In this document: positions 19,032 to 28,066 of the stretch, piece by piece | Numbering within the stretch: the first letter of the stretch is position 1 | Layout of the letters: every line of letters begins with the position of its first letter | From: an uncultured Elusimicrobia bacterium | Lineage (GTDB): Bacteria; Elusimicrobiota; Elusimicrobia; 2-01-FULL-59-12 | Direction of reading: 5' to 3' | DNA length: 64,000 nucleotides | Assembly (NCBI GenBank): GCA_963702895.1 | Contig: OY969767.1 | Span: 896,001 to 960,000 of the forward strand | Notes under the pieces: generated by a model | What the model was told of the DNA's origin: nothing | The model's database searches: none | Seen by the model: only the letters and a program-made list of their open reading frames with translations | Translations under genes and position numbers: made by a program

Positions 19032-19927
19032 GTCACGGGGAGCTGATGGCGGAACCACGTCATTTGGCGTTTGGCGTATTGCCTTGTGTCCTGAATGAGG
19101 AGCCGCAAACATTCCTCCTGAGAGATCGTTCCTTGAAGGTAACTTAGGATTCTGGGATAACCCAGTCCGGTGAGCGCAGGACAGTCTCGCGGATAGCCGA
19201 GCGCCAGCAGTCTTTGGGTTTCCTCGATCATGCCGTCCTTGAGCATGGTGCGGCACCTCGCCTCAATCCGGCGGAGGAGTTCCTCACGCCCAAGATCAAT
19301 GCCGATGAATCGAATCTTGACGTCATGGGACTTTCCTGTCGCTTTGCCGCCTTCCCCCCCGGCTGGAGGGATAGGCCTCATGGTAGGTTGGCGATGCCAC
19401 AGCGATATGGGTTTTCCCGTCAACTCATAGACCTCCAGCGCTCGCACAAGCCGCTGGATGTTGTTGGCGGGGATCTTGGCTGCCGCTTCGGGATCGACTT
19501 GGGCCAGTCTTCGGTGCAGGTGTTCGCGTCCTCGGTCCTCTGCTTCCTGCTTGAGTCGCGCTCGCGTCTTGGGATCGGCGGGCGGAAGCGGAGCCAGACC
19601 TTCATGAAGAGCTTTGAAATAGAGTCCAGTCCCCCCCACCAGGATTGGCTTTTTGCCGCGCTGGCCTATCTCATGGATCTTCTCCAAGGCCAGTCGCACA
19701 AAATCCGCAGCCGTGAAAGTGCTCGCCGGGTCCCAGAAATCAACAAGGTGATAGGGCACGCCGCGCACGAGGTAGGCGCGTCCCACCCATTTCCCTTCGG
19801 GCTTCGCTGTTCCGATCGCCAGGTGCTCATAGATCTGCCGCGAATCGACGGAGATCAGCTCCGCGTTATTCGCGGCCGCAAGTTCAAGCGCTTTCTCCGT
19901 TTTTCCCGACGCGGTAGGGCCGACCAT
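19016..19927 (-). CDS. miaA: tRNA dimethylallyltransferase; true start probably slightly upstream
   Basis: GPTASGKT, DSRQIY, IGTAKP, VGGTGLY, RALEVY, YAKRQMTWF. Confidence 0.93.
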   Translation of the reverse strand: MVGPTASGKTEKALELAAANNAELISVDSRQIYEHLAIGTAKPEGKWVGRAYLVRGVPYHLVDFWDPASTFTAADFVRLALEKIHEIGQRGKKPILVGGTGLYFKALHEGLAPLPPADPKTRARLKQEAEDRGREHLHRRLAQVDPEAAAKIPANNIQRLVRALEVYELTGKPISLWHRQPTMRPIPPAGGEGGKATGKSHDVKIRFIGIDLGREELLRRIEARCRTMLKDGMIEETQRLLALGYPRDCPALTGLGYPRILSYLQGTISQEECLRLLIQDTRQYAKRQMTWFRHQLPVTWNAL

Positions 19928-20103
19928 CGCGAGGATGTTGAGGTGTCTATCGATTTTGTTCTCTTTCGCGTCAGCGACGAGGGAGACTCAAGGGTTGAAC
20001 ACAGAGGACAGGGGCAATGGAAATTTTGTGAGGCCAAAAGCGAATGAACCGCAGCAGGCCCTCCACCCTCTGCTTACTTCACTGCCGAAAAGGTCCGCCG
20101 CCG

Positions 20104-20439
20104 TTACAGAGGGATGTGGACGCGGAAGCGGCGGATCGAGGACAGAATGAGTTTGCCTCCGGGCATCGTCGCGCGAACGACAAACTGATGGTTGCCGGGC
20201 GCGTAGTCCTTGTAGTCGTACCACCAATGGGTGCCGGACACGCGACAGGCCTCCCAGGGGCCACGATCCATGGAGATCTCCACCTGTTCCGGGATGGCCC
20301 GGACGGTGAAACGGAACGTATAGGTGGAAGCGATGATCGTCTCCATCTGACGCGGATAGTCCACCGTGATCATGGGCTTGCGCAAGGTGATCGGCGTCAG
20401 CATGATCGTTTCGACATTCTCCCTCAATTTTTCAAGCAT
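20104..20439 (-). CDS. Hypothetical small beta-rich (Ig-like) protein
   Basis: 111 aa ORF with RBS-like GGGGAG; beta-strand pattern. Confidence 0.55.
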   Translation of the reverse strand: MLEKLRENVETIMLTPITLRKPMITVDYPRQMETIIASTYTFRFTVRAIPEQVEISMDRGPWEACRVSGTHWWYDYKDYAPGNHQFVVRATMPGGKLILSSIRRFRVHIPL

Positions 20440-20541
20440 GAAGTTCTCCCCCTTCGTAAGGACATTCGATCGTAGATCGGCTATGGTATAGCAAAAGTTG
20501 AAGCAAGACTCCAGCGCCTGCGGCTGTGGCGGCCGGCGTGA

Positions 20542-21015
20542 TCAGTCTTCCAGAAGACTCCGCAGCATCCAAGCGGTCTTCTCATGGATCTGCATGCGCT
20601 GCGTGAGAAGGTCCAGCGTGGCCTGATCGCCTGCCTTCTCGGCGGCAGGGAAGGCTTTCTTGGCTGTTTGAACCAGGGTCTGGTGGTCAGACAAGAGCTG
20701 CCGGATCATGTCTTGGGCCTTGATCACTCCGACCGCTTCTTGGATCTGCGTCAGTTTACCGAACTCCGCGTAGGAGCCCGGAGAGCGCTGTCCAACGGCC
20801 CGGATGCGTTCCGCAATTAAATCGACCGCTAAGGCAAGCTCGTTGTAGTGGGTTTCAAACATCAAATGGAGCGTTTGAAACATCGGGCCCGTCACATTCC
20901 AATGGAAGTTATGGGTTTTGAGGTAGAGGGTATAGGAATCGGCCAAGAGCAGGCCCAATCCTTCTGCGATGGCTTTCCGATCCTTCATGGGAACTTCTGT
21001 TGTCATGACACTCAT
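20542..21015 (-). CDS. dps: Dps ferritin-like protein
   Basis: [32 protein letters not shown]. Confidence 0.95.
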   Translation of the reverse strand: MSVMTTEVPMKDRKAIAEGLGLLLADSYTLYLKTHNFHWNVTGPMFQTLHLMFETHYNELALAVDLIAERIRAVGQRSPGSYAEFGKLTQIQEAVGVIKAQDMIRQLLSDHQTLVQTAKKAFPAAEKAGDQATLDLLTQRMQIHEKTAWMLRSLLED

Positions 21016-21177
21016 GGTTGCTCCTCCTTATTGAGAATTGATTCTATCTTTATTTCAATCCAGCTTTCATGGGATTCGGATGACCGGCACAACTCAAAAA
21101 AGATATGCTCATCCCGCAGGCAGTGGGTTGACCCGAGAGGGTGGAAGATCTTGTCGTTGCATGGGAGGCATCGCGTC

Positions 21178-22536
21178 ATGAAAAAGCGGGTGGTGTGGTC
21201 GGGCGGTGGTCTGTTGATTCTGGTGCTCGGTCTGGGGGTTTTGAATATCTTTTTCTTCGACGGGACTCCGTTTCAGCAATACCCAAAGGAAAATCCAGCC
21301 GCTGATGCGATCCGCCCCATCTTGGAGAAAAAATGCCTGAGCTGCCACAGCCCCGCCGGACGAGCGCCTTATTACGCCATTGTTCCTCCGGCTAAGCAAC
21401 TGATCGCTCGCGACATGAAAACAGGGACACTCCTCTTTAATTTAGAAAAATTTATGAACCCCCCAGCGGGAGAGCCATTCCATGAGGCTGAGCTGGCCCA
21501 TCTGGAACAAAGCGTGGAGGATGGTTCCATGCCACCACCGCAGTTTCTGGCCCTGCACTGGGATTGCCGGCTGAGCGCTCAAGACAAAGACGCGCTCCGC
21601 CGCTTCATTAAGGAGAGTCGCAAGGCTTTTGTCACCCGGAAGGGTGCGGATGTCTACACCTGGGGTGCGCTTCAGCCTCTTCCAGAACAACCCGGCGCTC
21701 ATCTGGCCCGGGCGGTGCTTGGCAACAAGCTTTTTCACGACAAACGTCTTTCCGGAGACAACACGATCTCGTGCGCCACCTGCCACGACCTGGCGAAAGG
21801 CGGAACAGATCAGAAACAATTCTCGACCGGGGTCCGCGACCAACGGGGGCCCATCAATTCGCCCACCGTCTTTAACGCCCGGTACAATTTCGTCCAGTTC
21901 TGGGATGGCCGCGCGAAAGACTTGAAGGAACAAGCCGCCGGACCCGTGACCAATCCCATCGAGATGGATGCCAAGTGGCCGAAGGTTCTGGCCAAGCTCC
22001 GCCAGGACCCGGAGCTCACGAAGGCGTTCGACGCGAGCTACCCCGACGGCATCACCCAGGATAACGTCCAGGATGCCATCGCGGAATTTGAAAAGACCCT
22101 GGTCACGCCTCATTCCCGCTTTGACCGCTACCTGCGCGGCGATCAGGCCGCGCTGTCGAAGGAAGAAGCCATGGGGCTGCAGGTGTTTCTTCAAAAAGGC
22201 TGTCAGACCTGTCACGTTGGGAAAATTCTGGGTGGGCAATCCTTCGAGAAGATGGGTCTTGTACGGGATTACTTTGCCGATCGCGGAGGGCTGACCGAAG
22301 CGGACAACGGCCGGTTCAATGTGACCAAGAAGGAAGAAGACCGGCATTACTTTAAGGTCCCAACGTTAAGGAATATTGAACTGACCTTCCCCTACTTCCA
22401 CGATGGGAGCAGGACGGATCTGAAGCAGGCCGTCAAAGTCATGGGGAAATATCAGATCGAGAAATCGCTCAGCGACGCCGAGGCCGAGAAGATCACGGCC
22501 TTCCTCAAAACGCTGACGGACGAAACCTTGCGCTAG
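21178..22536 (+). CDS. Tri-haem cytochrome c peroxidase (YhjA-like)
   Basis: Three CxxCH motifs (CLSCH, CATCH, CQTCH), QFWDGRA, FKVPTLRNI, PYFHDG; N-terminal TM. Confidence 0.9.
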   Translation: MKKRVVWSGGGLLILVLGLGVLNIFFFDGTPFQQYPKENPAADAIRPILEKKCLSCHSPAGRAPYYAIVPPAKQLIARDMKTGTLLFNLEKFMNPPAGEPFHEAELAHLEQSVEDGSMPPPQFLALHWDCRLSAQDKDALRRFIKESRKAFVTRKGADVYTWGALQPLPEQPGAHLARAVLGNKLFHDKRLSGDNTISCATCHDLAKGGTDQKQFSTGVRDQRGPINSPTVFNARYNFVQFWDGRAKDLKEQAAGPVTNPIEMDAKWPKVLAKLRQDPELTKAFDASYPDGITQDNVQDAIAEFEKTLVTPHSRFDRYLRGDQAALSKEEAMGLQVFLQKGCQTCHVGKILGGQSFEKMGLVRDYFADRGGLTEADNGRFNVTKKEEDRHYFKVPTLRNIELTFPYFHDGSRTDLKQAVKVMGKYQIEKSLSDAEAEKITAFLKTLTDETLR

Positions 22537-22541
22537 ATCCT

Positions 22542-22639
22542 ACGACCCGGGGACGTTCCTCACGATCTCACGGTTTTGCCGACTCCCAACGCTGGCAGGC
22601 GCCGACACCGTGAGATCGTGAGGAACGTCCCCTGGTCGT
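22542..22639. repeat. Long inverted repeat: 33-bp arms, 1 mismatch, 32-nt loop
   Basis: acgacccggggacgttcctcacgatctcacggt / accgtgagatcgtgaggaacgtcccctggtcgt between convergent genes. Confidence 0.9.
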
Positions 22640-22711
22640 CATAGACCGCCGGGTAAAAGAACTGAGTAAGGCCAGGTGATCAGAAAGAGAACAAGACAAC
22701 TCGAAGGTCGT

Positions 22712-23401
22712 TTAGCGTACCCAGTAGGTTAGGGATAAATAGATCCCAACACCGATGAAAATGATTCCGGTGCCGAGGCGTCCCCATTTTTCGATCTTGC
22801 CGACCTGGTGAAACACCGTTCCAAGCGAGCGCGCGCCCAGGGCAATCAAAACGGCGAACACCGCCACCGGTGCGGCGGTTCCGATTCCGTAGGCAACGGG
22901 CAGGATCAGGCGTGATTCATGAGCGAAGGATAGAGGGATTAAACTTCCGAAGAACAAGGCTGCTGAAACTGGGCAAAAGGACAACGCGAACAGCAACCCC
23001 AGGGCGGCTGATCCCCACAGTCCCCAGCCCTCGGCGCGCACCTGAATCTTTTGCAAAAAACGACTGTCTCCACTGATGCTGAGCGGAATGAGGCCGACTA
23101 CCACCAATCCGGTCACGATCAGAAGCGGGCCGAGGGCTTTGTTCAGGTATCGTTGAAGCGCGAACGATACGCTCGAAATCGAAAGCACTCCACCCACCAA
23201 GACCGCCGCAAGCACCGCATAGCTCATCGTCCGCCCGGCTGTGTAAAGGAGCCCCGAAAGCCATACATAGCTCGGACAATCCATTTTGCGACCGATAAAG
23301 GAGAGTGCTGTGATGTTTGTGGCCAGAGGGCAAGGGCTGATCGACGTCATGATCCCCAGCCAGAAGGCGCTGCCTACCGCCATCGCAAAGGAATCCATCA
23401 T
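22712..23401 (-). CDS. ArsG/CcdA-like membrane protein
   Basis: SISPCPLATNI and FCPVSAALFFG motifs; in arsenic operon. Confidence 0.78.
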   Translation of the reverse strand: MMDSFAMAVGSAFWLGIMTSISPCPLATNITALSFIGRKMDCPSYVWLSGLLYTAGRTMSYAVLAAVLVGGVLSISSVSFALQRYLNKALGPLLIVTGLVVVGLIPLSISGDSRFLQKIQVRAEGWGLWGSAALGLLFALSFCPVSAALFFGSLIPLSFAHESRLILPVAYGIGTAAPVAVFAVLIALGARSLGTVFHQVGKIEKWGRLGTGIIFIGVGIYLSLTYWVR

Positions 23402-23832
23402 GAGCCCTTCGTAAATTGGCGAATTTCGTCTTCAATGTAACGGCTGAAGGCTTCGGGCTTGCCGACCAGCCGCCAGACTTGGTCTAGATTCTTCCACCGG
23501 GCAGGTTTACCCTTTTCTTCGCTGACAAGCACGAGAGAGCTGGCGTACAAATCGAATTCCTTAATGAAGTGACGGTTGGCCGGCTGGTCAATATTGACGA
23601 CTCGCCATTCCATAGAGCCATTCTTGAGCTCCTGGGGGAACCCCTTTTTTATGGCGTCTGCCGAATAAGCTTCAATCTTGCGGCAGGTTGGACAACGCCG
23701 AGTCGAATGGAAATAGTAAGCAACGGTATTTGCGGATGAGAGAGGCTGCAGAGCCGCGTCTGTGGCTTTCTCTGCCGCAAAGCTCGGCGAGCATCCCAAC
23801 AGCATCACGACGATAAGAATCCCTCTGCTCAT
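23398..23832 (-). CDS. ArsF-like exported thioredoxin-fold protein
   Basis: Signal peptide, YYFH..RRCPTC..IE motif. Confidence 0.75.
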   Translation of the reverse strand: MSRGILIVVMLLGCSPSFAAEKATDAALQPLSSANTVAYYFHSTRRCPTCRKIEAYSADAIKKGFPQELKNGSMEWRVVNIDQPANRHFIKEFDLYASSLVLVSEEKGKPARWKNLDQVWRLVGKPEAFSRYIEDEIRQFTKGS

Positions 23833-23842
23833 TGACGACCTC

Positions 23843-24076
23843 CTAAACCAGAAACTTCTTGATCTCATCGACCGAGGGGACATGGCCCGAAACTTTGACT
23901 TTACCGTCGACCGCCAAGGCGGGTGTCATCATGACGCCGAAACTGATAATCTGGTTGATGTCGGTCACTTTCTCAATCTTGTACTCGATGCCCAACGCTT
24001 TCGCGGCGGCCTCGGCCTGCTCCATGAGTTTGAGGCATTTCGGGCATCCGGTGCCGAAGATCTGAATTTTCTTCAT
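23843..24076 (-). CDS. Small redox-active disulfide protein (MTH895/ArsE-like)
   Basis: GTGCPKC, GVMMTPALAVDG. Confidence 0.85.
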   Translation of the reverse strand: MKKIQIFGTGCPKCLKLMEQAEAAAKALGIEYKIEKVTDINQIISFGVMMTPALAVDGKVKVSGHVPSVDEIKKFLV

Positions 24077-24089
24077 TCAGGATTCCTTT

Positions 24090-25394
24090 CTAGGCGAACA
24101 GCATTCCGTACAGGATCCCGGTGACGGTCGCCATCGAGATGACCAGTGAAACATACACCACGGTCTTCTTCGTGCCCAGGATGCTTTTGAGAACCAGCAT
24201 GCTCGGAAGCGAAAGCGCGGGACCGGCCAGGAGAAGCGCAAGTGCCGGACCCTTCCCCATGCCGCTTCCCATCAGTCCTTGAAGAATGGGGATCTCCGTG
24301 CAGGTCGCGAAATACATGAAGGCTCCGAGGATTGAGGCGAGGAAGTTCGCTGTCCAGGAATTGCCACCCACGGCTCTCGATACCCAAACGGAGGAAATCA
24401 GTCCTTCGTGCTCCGGCCGCCCGAGGAGCAGCCCGGCAGCGAGAATCCCCCAGAAAAGAAGAGGCGTGATCTCTTTGGCGAAATCCCAGGAGGCTTTGAA
24501 CCAGGTTCCAAGCTCGCCCTCCGAGGTGCTGGTCAGCCACGAAAGGCCGATCACCCCGGCGCCGAAGGAAAGCAGCGTTTGTTCCGGCCAGATCAAAGCG
24601 AAGATCGCAGTGGGCGCGCCAGCCGCGACGACCCGCATGGTGTTGGCACCGAACCACTTCACCAGCACGACGGCAAGACCGAGGCTGGCCATACTGGTCA
24701 GCCACCATTTCACCTGAAAGACCACAAACCAGGCCCCACGCGCTTGCGCGGGTTGAGTCCAGTTCGACAAGACGAGGATCGCGACAAGAAGGGCCATGAA
24801 GGTCGCGTTCTGCCAGAGCGGACGGGTCGGAGTCTCTGCCGGCATCTGCATCTGGGCTTCCGCTTTGGCTGTTTCTTCCTTTCGGAAAATCACTTGCATC
24901 AAAAGACCAATCACGACGCTAAACACCACGGCACCGACCGTGCGCGCGACACCGATTTCGAACCCCAGAACCCGAGCTGTCAGGACGATTGCCAGGACAT
25001 TGATCGCGGGGCCCGAATAGAGGAAGGCGGTCGCCGGTCCCAGCCCCGCCCCCATACGCCAAATCCCGGAGAAAAGCGGCAGAATCGTGCAGGAGCAAAC
25101 GGCCAGAATCGTTCCGGAGACGGAAGCGACGCCATAGGCGAGCGGCTTGGGGGCCCGGGCGCCGAGGTATTTCATGACGGACGCCTGGCTGACGAACACC
25201 GAGATGGCTCCGGCGATATAGAACGCGGGAATTAGACAGAGAAGCACGTGCTCCCGGGCATACCACTTGAGAAGGTGCAGCGATTCCATCACAGCGTTGT
25301 CGAATCGCAGCGAGCCGACCGGCAGATGAAACGCGATGAGGAACACCGCGACCATCACCGCTAAGGACTTCCACTCACTTTTCCAGTTGTTCAT
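24090..25394 (-). CDS. arsP: ArsP-family permease
   Basis: VCSCTILPLF, FLYSGPAIN, YFATCTEIP, GPALSLP. Confidence 0.82.
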   Translation of the reverse strand: MNNWKSEWKSLAVMVAVFLIAFHLPVGSLRFDNAVMESLHLLKWYAREHVLLCLIPAFYIAGAISVFVSQASVMKYLGARAPKPLAYGVASVSGTILAVCSCTILPLFSGIWRMGAGLGPATAFLYSGPAINVLAIVLTARVLGFEIGVARTVGAVVFSVVIGLLMQVIFRKEETAKAEAQMQMPAETPTRPLWQNATFMALLVAILVLSNWTQPAQARGAWFVVFQVKWWLTSMASLGLAVVLVKWFGANTMRVVAAGAPTAIFALIWPEQTLLSFGAGVIGLSWLTSTSEGELGTWFKASWDFAKEITPLLFWGILAAGLLLGRPEHEGLISSVWVSRAVGGNSWTANFLASILGAFMYFATCTEIPILQGLMGSGMGKGPALALLLAGPALSLPSMLVLKSILGTKKTVVYVSLVISMATVTGILYGMLFA

Positions 25395-26431
25395 AACGCC
25401 CGCTCGTACCATAGGCGGCTGGCCAGGCACACCCGGCACACCGAAAGCATGACGGGCACCTCGACGAGCACCCCTACCACCGTCGCCAGTGCCGCGCCCG
25501 AGCCTGGTCCATAGAGCGCAATCGCCGTAGCCACGGCCAGCTCGAAGAAGTTCGAAGCGCCGATCAGCGCGCCGGGAGCCGCCACTGGATAGGGGACCTT
25601 GAGCAGTTTCATCAGCCCGTAGGCAAGCCCGGAGTTGAAATACACCTGAATGAGAATCGGAATGGCAATCAAAACCACATGGAAGGCGCGCGTCGTGATG
25701 TTTTCCGCTTGAAAAGCAAAAATCGCCACCAGCGTACACAAAAGAGCCGAGATGGCCACCGGCTGAAAGCCCGGCAAGAACCGTTCATTGAACCAGGCCA
25801 GCCCTTTGCGCTTGATCACCATCGCCCGGCTCATGGATCCCAGCGCAAGCGGAATGACGACAAAGATCGCGACGGAATAAAGCAGCACCCGAAAGGGCAC
25901 CTCGAGGCCCGATGCGCCCGACACCAGGAACTTCACGATGGGAGCAAAGGCAAAGAGCATGATGAGGTCATTCACCGACACTTGGACCAGGGTGTAGGCG
26001 GGATCCCCCTTGGAAAGATACGACCAGACAAACACCATGGCCGTGCAGGGCGCGGCCGCCAGGATGATGACCCCCGCGATGTATTGACCGGCGAGTTCCG
26101 GCCCAATCCATGGGGAGAAAAGGTGCTTGAAGAAGAGCCACCCCAGGAAGGCCATGGAGAAGGGTTTGACGAGCCAATTGACGACAAGCGTCACAAGAAG
26201 TCCCTTGGGTCTTTCGCCCACGCTTCGGATCGAAGCAAAGTCGATCTTGAGCATCATCGGATAGATCATCAGCCAGATGAGAACAGCGATGGGGATGTTG
26301 ATCTGGCTGCCTGAACCAAACTCGAGCGACCGGACCACGGCGACCCCCTCCGGAAAGAGGCGACCCAGCGCGATGCCCAGAACCATGCAGAGGCCAACCC
26401 ACAAGGTCAAATACCTTTCGAAGAGATTCAT
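25391..26431 (-). CDS. acr3: ACR3-family arsenite efflux transporter
   Basis: FERYLTLWV, MIYPMM, APCTAMVFVW, SNFFELAVA, VEVPVML. Confidence 0.95.
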   Translation of the reverse strand: MNLFERYLTLWVGLCMVLGIALGRLFPEGVAVVRSLEFGSGSQINIPIAVLIWLMIYPMMLKIDFASIRSVGERPKGLLVTLVVNWLVKPFSMAFLGWLFFKHLFSPWIGPELAGQYIAGVIILAAAPCTAMVFVWSYLSKGDPAYTLVQVSVNDLIMLFAFAPIVKFLVSGASGLEVPFRVLLYSVAIFVVIPLALGSMSRAMVIKRKGLAWFNERFLPGFQPVAISALLCTLVAIFAFQAENITTRAFHVVLIAIPILIQVYFNSGLAYGLMKLLKVPYPVAAPGALIGASNFFELAVATAIALYGPGSGAALATVVGVLVEVPVMLSVCRVCLASRLWYERAL

Positions 26432-26523
26432 CGGCTTACAGCCATTCGGACTTCATCAAAGACGGACCTGACAAAACCTCAATTTGCTCACAAGAAGAGC
26501 ACGCGGTGGAGGGTGTCATGGAA

Positions 26524-27972
26524 TTAGACTTCAAGCACTTCTTCCCTACGACTCGAGGTCGGGGTGCGATCGGGTGTCGGACATTGGCCGGTCCAGCAGT
26601 AGAGGCAGAGCTTTTCGCGAGGGACACCGATCGCGCTCACCATGTCTTCGGCTGTCTGGTACTTGAGGCTGGAAACACTCAAGTCGTTGGCAATCCAGTT
26701 CACCATGGCCTGATACTTGGGGTGTGACGGGTCCAAGTAGGCGGAGACGTCTTCGACGTCTTGGCCTTCGAGCGCCCGAATGGCCCGCCGAGCGGCGAGC
26801 TCCTGGGTCGTGCGGGTGGAGAGGTTAAACCGGCAGGGAAACATGAGCGGCGGGCAGGCGATGCGGACGTGGATCTCTTTCGCGCCCGCTTTCTTGAGTT
26901 TGTCGATCGTGAAGTTTTTGAGCTGCGTCCCGCGGACGATGGAGTCGTCGCACACGACAATGCGCTGAGCTTCGGCCACCTTTTGGACCGAGACCAGTTT
27001 CATTGTGGCCACCAAGTCACGCGACGCCTGAGAAGGCGGGGTGTAGCTTCGCCCGTAGCCGGGGGTGTATTTGACCAGCGGCCGCCGGAAGGGCTTGCCG
27101 CTTTCCATTGCATAGCCAATGGCGTGCGTCGTTCCGGAGTCCGGCACACCGCACACCTGATCGATCTCTAGCCCCTGATCGCGCCGGGCGAGCTTTGCCC
27201 CTGAGCGCTCGCGCACGATCTCGGTATTGACGCCTTCGTAATCGGAAGCGGGAAACCCTGTATAAATCCAGAGGAACGAGCAAATCTGGGTGCATTCTCC
27301 GGCGGGCCGGACCGTTTGCAGACCCTGTTCGCTTAAGAGCACAATCTCGCCTGGCCCGAGGACTTTCACGACTTCAAAACCGTTGTTGGGAAAGGCGGTG
27401 GTTTCGGTGGTGACCGCCCATCCGGAGCCGCGCCGGCCGATGACGAGCGGCGAATAGCCGTAGCGGTCTCTTGCGGCATAAATCCCGTCCTCGCTTAAAA
27501 TCAACATCGTGCAGGATCCTTTGATCTTCTCGAAGACTTGTTCGATGCCGTCCAAGAGCGTCTCGCCCTGCGCCACGATCCGGGCGATGAGTTCCGAGGC
27601 GTTCACGCCATCGCCTTTCATCTCAGAAAAAGAATTGCCCTGGCGCATCAGGTCCTCCGCCAGCTGCTGGGTGTTTTCAATGCGGCCGTTGGTCGCAATG
27701 CAAAAGGAGCCAACCTTGGATTTCAGAAAGATAGGTTGTTCTTCGAGCGCGCTGATGACGCCGATGCCCTTGTTGCCTTTTAGGGATGACAAATCTTCAT
27801 AAAACTTGGATTTGAATTGGCTCTGGGAGATGTTGTGGATTCTCCGGACGAAGGTCTCGCCCAGCACCGCGAGGCCTCCGTACTCGGTGCCCAGGTGCGA
27901 GTGATAGTCCGTTCCGAATAAAAGGGTGTCGATACAATCCGTCTTGGAGACAACGCCGAAAAGTCCGCTCAT
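26524..27972 (-). CDS. Amidophosphoribosyltransferase-like protein, Ser in place of the catalytic N-terminal Cys
   Basis: RDRYG..PL, VPDSG, DDSIVRGT, RIACPP, CLYC; begins MSGLFG. Confidence 0.85.
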   Translation of the reverse strand: MSGLFGVVSKTDCIDTLLFGTDYHSHLGTEYGGLAVLGETFVRRIHNISQSQFKSKFYEDLSSLKGNKGIGVISALEEQPIFLKSKVGSFCIATNGRIENTQQLAEDLMRQGNSFSEMKGDGVNASELIARIVAQGETLLDGIEQVFEKIKGSCTMLILSEDGIYAARDRYGYSPLVIGRRGSGWAVTTETTAFPNNGFEVVKVLGPGEIVLLSEQGLQTVRPAGECTQICSFLWIYTGFPASDYEGVNTEIVRERSGAKLARRDQGLEIDQVCGVPDSGTTHAIGYAMESGKPFRRPLVKYTPGYGRSYTPPSQASRDLVATMKLVSVQKVAEAQRIVVCDDSIVRGTQLKNFTIDKLKKAGAKEIHVRIACPPLMFPCRFNLSTRTTQELAARRAIRALEGQDVEDVSAYLDPSHPKYQAMVNWIANDLSVSSLKYQTAEDMVSAIGVPREKLCLYCWTGQCPTPDRTPTSSRREEVLEV

Positions 27973-28066
27973 AGGCTCGTTCCTCCTGAATCCATTCTAA
28001 CACAACCGATGTTGATCTATAATGCTGACGTCTTTAGAATCCCTGTCCCAGACCAAGGAACCTCTT

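Noticed and set aside
21034..21045. AGAATTGATTCT palindrome upstream of dps as a Fur/PerR box
   Set aside because: Context is plausible, but spacing does not match the boxes I know; too weak to call.
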